Source: Vicinamibacterales bacterium (GTDB lineage Bacteria; Acidobacteriota; Vicinamibacteria; Vicinamibacterales; UBA2999). Taken from it: 64,000 bases of DNA. Both the position numbers and the translations under genes were made by a program. The notes beneath the pieces were generated by a model. The model did no database searches. It had not been told where the DNA came from and saw only the letters and a program-made list of their open reading frames with translations. Each line of letters begins with the position of its first letter. Within the stretch, counting starts at the first letter, position 1. Shown in pieces: positions 35,115 through 42,910 of the stretch. Where the stretch lies: the NCBI GenBank assembly GCA_050249615.1, contig JBFWQE010000003.1, forward strand, positions 34,622 to 98,621, written 5' to 3'.

Positions 35115-36285
35115 AAATCGAGGACATCGTGGAGGTGATCGCGGCGCCCAGGCGCCGCGCCCCCTCTTCCATCCGTGCCGGCTTCATCAGGCTGAACGCC
35201 AGGCGCAGGCACCCGCGTCCCCGCCCATCAATCGAGACGCGCCGCCCGGGGATGAAGGCCACGCGATGCGCGTCCGCCGCGCGCAACACGTCGTCCGCAT
35301 CCACGCCCGAGGGCAGCGTCACCCAGATGAAGTAACCGCCCCCGGGAGTCGCGAACGTGCAGCCCTCGGGCAGGTGCCGTGCGAGCGCGGCGGCCAGCGC
35401 GTCGCGGCGCTCCCGGTACGTGGCCCTGAGACGGGCGACATGGGCATCGAAGTCGCCGGACCGACAGAGCGCGGCCACCATCATCGCGGCCGTGAAGTTC
35501 GGGGCGCCGCCGCTGTCGCGCAGTCCGCCCTCGGCAAACCGCTGCGCGTGCTCCGCGCTGCAGTTCAACCATCCGAGGCGCAGCCCCGGTGCGAGCGACT
35601 TGGCGAACGAGCCCATCCTCAGCACGACGCCGCGGGGTGCCAGCGAGAACAGCGACGGAGGCGACGGGTCGTCGTACGACAACTCCCGGTAGACGTCGTC
35701 CTCGAGAATCAGGAAGCCGTGACGGACGGCCGTGTCCACCAGCGCGCGGCGACGATCCATCGCCAGGTTCACACCGGTGGGGTTGTGGAAGGTCGGGATC
35801 GTGTAGAGGAGCCGGGCCCGCGTCCCTTCGCGATCCAGTTGAGCCAGGATGGCGTCGAGCGCGTCCATGCGGAGGCCGTTCTCGTCCATGGGCACGGCCC
35901 GCAGGTCCAGGTGGTGGTCGCGAAGGATCTTCAGGCCCAGGTGGTAGGTGGGCGATTCCACGATCGCCACGTCGCCGGGCCGCGTGAACAGCGTGCATGC
36001 CTGGTCGATGGCGTCGGAGTTGCCGGCGGTCCCGATGCACTCATCGAGCGCCACCGCCACGCCCTCCTGCTCGCGCACGCGCTCCTGAATCCACGCGAGC
36101 AGCGGCCAGGCGCCCTCGGGGGCGCCGTACGCGAGCATGTCGGGGCCGAACGTGTCCAGGGCTGCGCCGGCTGCGCGCCGCAGTGCCTCGACGGGGAGCA
36201 GGTCCGGGTCCGGCTGGCCGTAGTTGAACTCGCAGTAGCCCTCACGCAAGACCATCTGCGTGGGCGGCGGAAGCGGCGTGGACAT
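35113..36285 (-). CDS. PLP-dependent aminotransferase (class I/II fold)
   Basis: Track ORF 35113..36579 trimmed to the Met at 36285 (MSTPLPPPTQMVLREGYCEFNYGQPDPDLLP). The internal SFAKSLAPGLRLGW carries the PLP-lysine context. Confidence 0.8.
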   Translation of the reverse strand: MSTPLPPPTQMVLREGYCEFNYGQPDPDLLPVEALRRAAGAALDTFGPDMLAYGAPEGAWPLLAWIQERVREQEGVAVALDECIGTAGNSDAIDQACTLFTRPGDVAIVESPTYHLGLKILRDHHLDLRAVPMDENGLRMDALDAILAQLDREGTRARLLYTIPTFHNPTGVNLAMDRRRALVDTAVRHGFLILEDDVYRELSYDDPSPPSLFSLAPRGVVLRMGSFAKSLAPGLRLGWLNCSAEHAQRFAEGGLRDSGGAPNFTAAMMVAALCRSGDFDAHVARLRATYRERRDALAAALARHLPEGCTFATPGGGYFIWVTLPSGVDADDVLRAADAHRVAFIPGRRVSIDGRGRGCLRLAFSLMKPARMEEGARRLGAAITSTMSSI

Positions 36286-36631
36286 CAGTTCTCGGGTCTC
36301 AGCACCACGTCCACGCGTCGCGTGGAGACGATCGGCTTGCGGTTGCGGCGCGCGGGAAGGCATTTCCAGGCCTTCGCCGCGGCCAGCAGTTGGGGGTCGT
36401 ACGCGGGATGGATTGGCTCGAGGACACGCACGGAGGTGACGTTGCCCGCGCGGAGGGCACGTCCAGTGTGGCGAACACGACGGGCGAGCCGGGAATGGAC
36501 ACCAGCTGGAGCAACTCATCCAGGATCTGCCACTCGTGCGTGGCGCGCCACGCGGAGACGGGCGAAGGCTGTGCCGCACCGGTCGCGACGATGACGACGG
36601 AGGCCAGGGCAGCGATGATGAAGCGCCTCAT
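36285..36631 (-). pseudogene. Small secreted TonB C-terminal-domain-like protein, read in two frames (apparent 1-nt indel)
   Basis: Frame 1 from the ATG at 36631 gives a signal peptide plus ...SPVVFATLDVP. The -1 frame continues GNVTSVRVLEPIHPAYDPQLLAAAKAWKCLPARRNRKPIVSTRRVDVVLRPEN and stops at 36285-36287, sharing 1 nt with the aminotransferase ATG (TGATG). The 347-nt span is not a multiple of 3. The likely junction is the C/G run at 36445-36447. Confidence 0.45.
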
Positions 36632-36693
36632 GGCCCACAGTCTAGCCGAGTGGCCCGCCCTTCGGCCGGGTGGACGCCCGTCCGCTCGACGGT

Positions 36694-36960
36694 CTACCGC
36701 TTCCGGTCGTCCGGAGGGTCGAGCAGCGACTGCAGCTCGGCGAACGGGTCGGGCGCCTGCTTGACGCTGGACGGCCGCGAGGCAGCGGGCCGGGTTCCCG
36801 ACAGCCGCATGGCGCCGGTAGGCGGGACGCGGTGGGCGCTCGGCGGGGGGCCCGGGCGTGCACTGCGATGCCGGAACCACAGCATCAGGGCGAGGCCACC
36901 GGCCAGCCACAGTGCCCAGCCTGCCAGGAGCTCCGGCGGCAGGTCGCTCAGGGCACCCAT
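36694..36960 (-). CDS. Hypothetical small membrane protein (88 aa)
   Basis: 3' part of track ORF 36694..37749. The ATG at 36960 overlaps the previous gene by 13 nt. One TM helix (LLAGWALWLAGGLALMLWF), then a Pro/Ser/Arg-rich tail. Confidence 0.4.
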   Translation of the reverse strand: MGALSDLPPELLAGWALWLAGGLALMLWFRHRSARPGPPPSAHRVPPTGAMRLSGTRPAASRPSSVKQAPDPFAELQSLLDPPDDRKR

Positions 36961-37631
36961 GTGAACCTCTCTCCCGCGCCGAGCGAGTAGTCGGTGAGCA
37001 GCGAATCGAAGATGGGGGCGCGCCTGGACTCCTCCTCCATGGCCGCGCGCAGCGACTCGTCGAGGTTTGCGCCCTCGTCGTGGTCGAGCACCAGGATGAC
37101 GACGACGCGCCGCTGATCGGACGTGTCCCTGGCCGTTCGGGTCGGGGTGTGATGGCCGATGTTCAGCTTGCGGACCGGGATGGGCTTCGAGACGGCCTGC
37201 CGCACCCAGAGCGCGATCCGCTCGGCCCGCTTGGCCGCGCGCCACTCTTCCTGCGCGCGCCCGGCCTTGAAGCCGACGCCCGCGGGAATCTCCTGGGAAC
37301 TCGCGCCGACGCAGATGATCTCCCGCGCGCTGTTGAGGACCGCCTTCATCTCGTCGGTGAAGCCCGGGAAGGTCGCGCCGTCCTCGATGGTGTCGTACGA
37401 GTTCAGGCGCCAGCGGAACTCGTCCGTGAAGAGCAGGATGCGAAACGAGGCCCGACGGCCACCCCGGTCCACGGCGTTGCGGACGGTAACATCGGTGGCG
37501 ACTTCGGGCGGTGTTGGCGGCGTCAGGCGGGCGCGGACGTCCATGGCGGTCACGCCCGCGAGGCCGGCGCCGGCGGACAGCCACGCCACGGTCAACAGCC
37601 ACCGTGCGGGACCAGCGATCGAACGAGTCAT
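36948..37631 (-). CDS. Hypothetical exported or membrane-anchored protein, no family recognised
   Basis: Track ORF 36948..37694 trimmed to the Met at 37631 (MTRSIAGPARWLLTVAWLSAGAGLAGVTA). Balanced composition with F, I, K, N and D, unlike the overlapping artefact ORFs. Confidence 0.55.
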   Translation of the reverse strand: MTRSIAGPARWLLTVAWLSAGAGLAGVTAMDVRARLTPPTPPEVATDVTVRNAVDRGGRRASFRILLFTDEFRWRLNSYDTIEDGATFPGFTDEMKAVLNSAREIICVGASSQEIPAGVGFKAGRAQEEWRAAKRAERIALWVRQAVSKPIPVRKLNIGHHTPTRTARDTSDQRRVVVILVLDHDEGANLDESLRAAMEEESRRAPIFDSLLTDYSLGAGERFTWVP

Positions 37632-37753
37632 CGACCACCGGATGTGCAGGAATGCTGCCAGCAGCGGGTTGCGCGCGGCTGGCCGCGGTTGCACACGCGG
37701 ACTGACAACTATTGGCCAGCCCGCGTGGCGCGCGGACCGAATCTGTCACAGGA

Positions 37754-37915
37754 CTAGAGGTGACACTCCTTGTGCATGCAGTTGCAGTGCAGCTCGGTCT
37801 CCGGCGCCTTCCTGCAGTAGTCGCTGCAGTACTTGGTACCAGCCGGCACCACGCACGCGCAGCTTGGGTGAGCGCACTTCTGCTGGGCTGGAGGGTCGGT
37901 CTTCGGCTCGGCCAT
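37754..37915 (-). CDS. SmtA/BmtA-like bacterial metallothionein candidate (53 aa, 8 Cys, 4 His)
   Basis: 3' end of track ORF 37754..40378. Sequence MAEPKTDPPAQQKCAHPSCACVVPAGTKYCSDYCRKAPETELHCNCMHKECHL. The Cys spacing parallels Synechococcus SmtA (KCACEPCLCNV, YYCSEAC, CNC), recalled from memory. Confidence 0.55.
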   Translation of the reverse strand: MAEPKTDPPAQQKCAHPSCACVVPAGTKYCSDYCRKAPETELHCNCMHKECHL

Positions 37916-37965
37916 GGCTCGCCTCGCTTTCAGCGTCATTATGCGCCCGATTCGGAGGCGCGACG

Positions 37966-39606
37966 TCAGCGCCAGTTGCGGCGCTCGAGGAATGTGCGAG
38001 GCTCGAGCCGCCGGCCGGCGGGCGCGAGGCGCGCCTCGCGGCGTGCACTCCAGAGGAGCACGGGACCGACGAGGTGGTCGATGGCCCGGGTGACTCCGCC
38101 GAGCTCGCGCTCGACCTGGAGGCGAAGCGAGCGGATGCGCTCGCTCACGGCCCTGTTCGAGTCCCGGAGGTACTTCTCCATCGCGAAGAGGACGGCGCCG
38201 TGCCCCCAGCGAAGCTGCGCTGCCTCGGCCGCCACCCGGGCCCGCACGCGCGGATCGGGATCGTCCCGGTAGCGCCGCCACCCGACGAGCATGTTCTGCA
38301 TCAGCCGGAAGAGGCTGGGTCCATTCACCTCGTAATCGCGCCTGAAGGCGCGGTCGAGCATCTGCTTCGATTCGTCCCGGGAGATGGCGGGGTGGCGGAA
38401 GTTGAACTTGAACTGCCCGTGGATGTCGGCGAGGTCCACGTCCGGCAGCAGGCGCCCGCTCGCCTCGACCTCCCGGTACAGCGGCGTGCCCGGCACCGGC
38501 GTGTAGAGCATGAACTGGTGGAACACCGTGTCGTGGCTCACTGCGTGCTGGATTTCGGCGTCGATATTGTCCGGCGTGTGGTGCTCGAGGCCGATGATCG
38601 TGGAGCCGTGCACGCGGATGCCGTGCGACTGCAGTTCGCGCGCCAGCGCGACCGTGTCGGTGCCTTTCAGTTTCTGGTAGCCCGAGGCCGCCGACTCCAA
38701 CCCGAGCCAGATCCACTCGACGCCGAGCTCCACCAGCTGGCGGATGTCGTACTTGCGGACGGCATTGGCGGACGAGAACACGTAGAGCGACCAGGCCTTG
38801 CCGCCCGCCTTCATGAGGTCCAGCAGCTCGAGGGCGCGCTTCCGGTACAGCAGGAAGTTCTCGTCCATCATGAAGAAGGCCTTCGCGCCCAGGCGCCGCT
38901 CGGTCTCGCACATCACCCGGTAGAGGTCCTCTCCGCGCTCGAAGAAATTGACGAACGTCCCCTTGCCACCGAAGAACTCCGACGTCGTGCAGAAGTTGCA
39001 GCCCATCGGGCACCCGACCGACGGGATGATCGTCGCCGACGCATTGCCCCCGCCGCGCGGGGCCCGCAGGCCCATGAGGCGGAAGCCGAACGAGGACGGG
39101 ATCATCGGGTGCTCCACCGGCTTCGCCGGGTCCTCGCCGAGGAAGGCGCGGAGCCAGCCAATCCCCTCCCCTTTCACGATGTGATCCGCGTCGATCATCC
39201 GCTCGATGCCCGGGATGGCCGTCACGTGACCGCCGACCACGATCGCCGACTTCGGCGAGTGCCGGCGGATCAGCCGGCACATCTCCCGAATCTTGCCGAC
39301 GTTGACGATGATGCCCGAGAGGCCGACGACGTCGTAGTCGTGCCTGGTGAGCTCGCGGACGAAGCGCTCGCGCGTCGGGAAGTCCAGGAGCGTGCACGGC
39401 GCGGAGATGTTCTGCTGGAGCAGCATCAGGCTCCACGTGCGGTGGAACAGCCGGAGCGAGAACGGGCCCTGCTCGCGCGTCACCTGGTTGTGATAGAGCT
39501 CCACCGGGTTGATGGCCCGGCTGCCGAACTCGTCGTCCCGGGCGAAGGGCTTGAAGACCGACGACAGGAGGACGCGGGCGCGCGTGCCCTTGGAGTGCCG
39601 CTGCAT
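37966..39606 (-). CDS. B12-binding-domain radical SAM protein (class B rSAM) with a ~200-aa C-terminal extension
   Basis: 546 aa. Rossmann-like DYDVVGLSGIIVNVGK...SAIVVGGH, then the cluster motif CPMGCNFC. Balanced composition. Confidence 0.8.
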   Translation of the reverse strand: MQRHSKGTRARVLLSSVFKPFARDDEFGSRAINPVELYHNQVTREQGPFSLRLFHRTWSLMLLQQNISAPCTLLDFPTRERFVRELTRHDYDVVGLSGIIVNVGKIREMCRLIRRHSPKSAIVVGGHVTAIPGIERMIDADHIVKGEGIGWLRAFLGEDPAKPVEHPMIPSSFGFRLMGLRAPRGGGNASATIIPSVGCPMGCNFCTTSEFFGGKGTFVNFFERGEDLYRVMCETERRLGAKAFFMMDENFLLYRKRALELLDLMKAGGKAWSLYVFSSANAVRKYDIRQLVELGVEWIWLGLESAASGYQKLKGTDTVALARELQSHGIRVHGSTIIGLEHHTPDNIDAEIQHAVSHDTVFHQFMLYTPVPGTPLYREVEASGRLLPDVDLADIHGQFKFNFRHPAISRDESKQMLDRAFRRDYEVNGPSLFRLMQNMLVGWRRYRDDPDPRVRARVAAEAAQLRWGHGAVLFAMEKYLRDSNRAVSERIRSLRLQVERELGGVTRAIDHLVGPVLLWSARREARLAPAGRRLEPRTFLERRNWR

Positions 39607-39684
39607 GAGAGTGCTCCCTCAGCGGCGATGGTAGCGGGTCCGGCCGCGGCGGATTGTAATGGTTCTGTACGCGGGCCCCGCCGA

Positions 39685-40887
39685 TCAGCGAAGCCGCACG
39701 CGCCCGGCCGTCCGGGCCAGGCCGGCCGCATCCGGCACGGCGGCGAATGTCGTCACGAAGGGCCGCGCGGCGGCCATCCCGCGCGAGGTGGGCTCGTATC
39801 CTGGTGTCTCCAGCAGCGGATTGAGCCACGTGATGCCGGCAGCCCTGCGATGCAGCTCGCGCATGGCTTCGCGCAACGTCGCGGGATCGCCGACGTCCAG
39901 GCCGTCGCTGACGATGATGACGAGGGTGTCCTGGGTGACGTGGCGTTCGCCGTGCAGGTGAAGGAACCCGCGCAAGCTGGCGCCGATGTTCGTGCCGCCT
40001 CCCCACGTATCGCGGCCGAGATCGACGATGACGGGCCGGCCAGCCGCCGCCTGCCGAACCTCGCGCGTCACCGATCGCAGCGCCGTCGAGAAGACGAAGA
40101 CCTCGACGCGCCCGGTCACGCTGGCGATGGCCACCGCCAGGTCCAGTGCCGCGCGACCCGCGCCGGCCATCGACCGGCTGCCGTCGACGAGCAGCACGAA
40201 GCGCGGGCTGCGCCTCCGGCGATGGAGCCACCTCGCCGTGAGGGCTTCCCCTCCAGTCTGAAGGCTGGCGCGCCAGGTTCGCCTGAGATCGAAGCGGCGC
40301 CCCCGACGTCCCGGCCGCCATCGGCGCGAGAGCCCGAGGTGAAGGCGCCTCACCAGCGCGCTGGCCGCCTGACGCCACTCGCGGCTCACCGGCTCGATGC
40401 AGATGGCGGCAGGGCCCTCGGCTTCGAGCGGACTGTAGCTCGCTCGCTCGGTTCGAGCCGCCTGTGGCTCGGCTTCGCTTTCCTCGTCGTCGTCCAGGAC
40501 GGCCGGCCCGGCGCCACCGTCGCCTTCCTCGAGATCCGCGTCAGCCTCGCGGTTGCCTGAGGGTGGCCGCCGCGCGTCTTCGGGCGCACCCTCGCCGGCA
40601 GGCTCGTCGCGACGGCGCGACACCGGCAGCCCTGGCTGTGGCACGCCTTCCGGACCCGGAAAGAAGAACGCGTCGAACGCGTCGTCGAACACGCGGACGT
40701 TCTCGATGCTGCTGCTGAGGATGGCGCGCAGGGCATGGCGCACGCGGGTCTCGTCGCCGACGTCCACGACCTCGAGCGCGCGCGAGGCATCGCGGAGCTC
40801 GCCGGGGCCGAGCCGGAACCCGTGCTGGTCCCGGAGCGCGCTGCAGAACGCCGCGAGGTTGCCGGGCAGGTCGCCGTAGGGATACAT
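39685..40887 (-). CDS. coxE: VWA-domain CoxE-family protein
   Basis: 3' part of track ORF 39685..41637 from the Met at 40887 (MYPYGDLPGNLAAF). MIDAS-like LLVDGSRSM. Follows the MoxR/CoxD ATPase with a 1-nt TGATG overlap. Confidence 0.8.
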   Translation of the reverse strand: MYPYGDLPGNLAAFCSALRDQHGFRLGPGELRDASRALEVVDVGDETRVRHALRAILSSSIENVRVFDDAFDAFFFPGPEGVPQPGLPVSRRRDEPAGEGAPEDARRPPSGNREADADLEEGDGGAGPAVLDDDEESEAEPQAARTERASYSPLEAEGPAAICIEPVSREWRQAASALVRRLHLGLSRRWRPGRRGRRFDLRRTWRASLQTGGEALTARWLHRRRRSPRFVLLVDGSRSMAGAGRAALDLAVAIASVTGRVEVFVFSTALRSVTREVRQAAAGRPVIVDLGRDTWGGGTNIGASLRGFLHLHGERHVTQDTLVIIVSDGLDVGDPATLREAMRELHRRAAGITWLNPLLETPGYEPTSRGMAAARPFVTTFAAVPDAAGLARTAGRVRLR

Positions 40888-41831
40888 CAGCTGCGCGTGA
40901 CCGACCCGATGCCAAAGTCCGTGCGCAGGCTGTAGCCGCCGGGCTCGAGCGACTCTGCGGCGCCAGACAGGAAGGGGTCGACGGCCTCCCGGTGCTCTGC
41001 CAGCACGGCGCGGTCTTCGTGGACCTTGAGCACGCAGCCGAGCGTCTGCTCGAGCGTGCGCGCGTCGAGGTGCTCGCGGTGGAGGCTCATGAGCGCCATG
41101 GCCCAGTCGAGGCTCTCGGCCACGCCGGGCGCCTTCTGGAGCGGAAGCGCACGGAGCGCGTGCATGATGTGCGCAATGCGGTCGGCCAGGCGTTCGGACA
41201 GGCCCGGGACGCGCGCGCGGAGGATCTCGATCTCCTGCTCCAGCGACGGGTAGGGGAGCCAGAGGAACAGGCACCGGCGCCGGAGCGCGTCGGAGAGCTC
41301 GCGCGTGCGGTTGCTGGTGAGGATGACGTGGGGCCGGTGCGTGGCGCGGATGGTGCCGAGCTCCGGGATGGTCACCTGCCACTCGGCCAGCACCTCGAGC
41401 AGGTAGGCCTCGAACGCCTCGTCCGCGCGGTCCACCTCGTCGATCAGCAGGACCGGGGAGCGGTCCTGGGTCAGCGCCTCGAGGAGCGGCCGCTTCAGCA
41501 GGTATGCGTCCGAGAAGATCTCGGCCTCGCGCTGCTCCAGGGTGCCGCCGCCCGACTCGCTGAGCCGCGCGTGCAGCATCTGCCGCGGGTAGTTCCACTC
41601 GTAGAGGGCGGACATGGCGTCGAGGCCCTCGTAGCACTGCAGGCGGATGAGGCGCGTGTCGAGAGCCTCGGCGAGGACCTTGGCGCTCTCGGTCTTGCCC
41701 ACCCCGGCCGGGCCCTCGATGAGCAGGGGCTTCTGAAGCGCGAGCATGATCTCGAGCGCTGTCGCGAACGCGTCGTCCACGACGAAGCCTCGGTCGCGAA
41801 AGCGGGTGCGGATATCGTCGGCGCTGATCAT
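40887..41831 (-). CDS. coxD: MoxR-like AAA+ ATPase (CoxD-type)
   Basis: 3' part of track ORF 40887..42347 from the Met at 41831. Walker A GPAGVGKT, Walker B LLIDEVDRA. ATGA overlap with the upstream gene. Confidence 0.85.
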   Translation of the reverse strand: MISADDIRTRFRDRGFVVDDAFATALEIMLALQKPLLIEGPAGVGKTESAKVLAEALDTRLIRLQCYEGLDAMSALYEWNYPRQMLHARLSESGGGTLEQREAEIFSDAYLLKRPLLEALTQDRSPVLLIDEVDRADEAFEAYLLEVLAEWQVTIPELGTIRATHRPHVILTSNRTRELSDALRRRCLFLWLPYPSLEQEIEILRARVPGLSERLADRIAHIMHALRALPLQKAPGVAESLDWAMALMSLHREHLDARTLEQTLGCVLKVHEDRAVLAEHREAVDPFLSGAAESLEPGGYSLRTDFGIGSVTRS

Positions 41832-42910
41832 GGCGTGGCGGAGAGGTAACGCTGCGGATCCTTCACGAAGCGCGCGCGGCAGCCCGGGCAGCAGAAGTAG
41901 TAGGTGATGCCCGCGACCTCCGCCGTGTGCTTCGCGCCGGCCATCTCCACCTCCATGTGGCAGACAGGGTCGATAGCGACGGCGTCCGCGCCCGGTGCCG
42001 GTGACACCGGGGCGGGAACGGAGGCCATGGGCAGTGTGCGCCCGACGCCCGTCGCTCGCGCGGCGACCTCGGGGGCGGGCGCCTTCGCTGGCCGAGCGGC
42101 GCCGAGCTGCACGATCTCTCCGAGGATGGACAGCGCCACCTCCTCCGGCGTGCGGCCACCCAGGTCGAGACCCGCGGGGTTGCGCAGGCGACCGAGCCCG
42201 GGGACATCGCTTCCCTCGAGCCACGCACGCACGCTGGTCCCGCGCTTGCGCGAGGCGACCAGGCCCACGTAGGGAACGGCGCTCTTCAGGGTGACCTCGA
42301 GCGCAGGCTCGTCGTAGTGGCCTTGTGACGCGACGACGACCGCGCAATCGCCCCCGTTGGCCAGCGCATCCGCCACCACGGCCTCCAGCGAGTCGAGGCT
42401 CGCGACGCTGGCGCCCGCCTCCGCGGCCTCCGCCTCGATGTCGCGGCGCTCGTCGGCATCGACGACCCGGACAACGTCGTACCGCATCGCCCGCGCGAGG
42501 CGGGCCAGCGCGGCGGCTACGGGCGTGGCGCCGGCCACGACGAGGGCTCGCGGCCGGACAATGGGCTCCACGTAAACGTCCACGGCACCCTCCGAGGCAC
42601 AGGTCATCGGGACGACGATGCGATCCATCCCGCTCGTCGATTGTTCGCCGGCTTCCGGCCGGATGGAGACCAGCCGCGCCTGTCGCCCCCGGATGGCCTC
42701 GAGAGCCTGCTTGCGGATGATCTCGCGCGAGCAGGCGCCGCCGACGAAGCCCTCCATGCGGCCGTCGGCGAAGACGATGGCGCGGTCGCCCAGGTGCGCG
42801 GACACCGGTGCGCGCCGGGCCACGACCGTGGCAATGGCAAACGGCTGCCCCTCGCGCCGGAGCGTGGCGACCCGTTCGAAGAACGTCGAGGTGTCGGACA
42901 TCAAGGCCAT
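41828..42910 (-). CDS. XdhC/CoxF/CoxI-family Mo-enzyme maturation protein fused to a C-terminal YHS (metal-binding) domain
   Basis: 360 aa. XdhC N-domain (FAIATVVARRAPVSAHLGDRAIV...GFVGGACSR) and Rossmann domain (ALVVAGATPVAAALA). After an Ala/Pro linker comes DPVCHMEVEMAGAKHTAEVAGITYYFCCPGCRARFVKDPQRY. Confidence 0.8.
   Translation of the reverse strand: MALMSDTSTFFERVATLRREGQPFAIATVVARRAPVSAHLGDRAIVFADGRMEGFVGGACSREIIRKQALEAIRGRQARLVSIRPEAGEQSTSGMDRIVVPMTCASEGAVDVYVEPIVRPRALVVAGATPVAAALARLARAMRYDVVRVVDADERRDIEAEAAEAGASVASLDSLEAVVADALANGGDCAVVVASQGHYDEPALEVTLKSAVPYVGLVASRKRGTSVRAWLEGSDVPGLGRLRNPAGLDLGGRTPEEVALSILGEIVQLGAARPAKAPAPEVAARATGVGRTLPMASVPAPVSPAPGADAVAIDPVCHMEVEMAGAKHTAEVAGITYYFCCPGCRARFVKDPQRYLSATP

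Noticed and set aside
37754-37915. The 53-aa Cys-rich ORF as a RiPP precursor for the adjacent radical SAM enzyme
   Set aside because: The idea is tempting because of the adjacency. However, the Cys/His spacing matches the SmtA-type metallothionein pattern along almost the whole length. No leader/core organisation is visible, and no protease, transporter or RRE-containing partner lies nearby. I keep it only as a minor alternative.
37159-40560. 1133-aa plus-strand ORF antisense to the rSAM, coxE and hypothetical genes
   Set aside because: It is extremely rich in Arg, Ala, Gly and Pro and shows no motifs, whereas the opposite strand encodes proteins with clear motifs (CPMGCNFC, VWA DxSxS). It is an antisense artefact.
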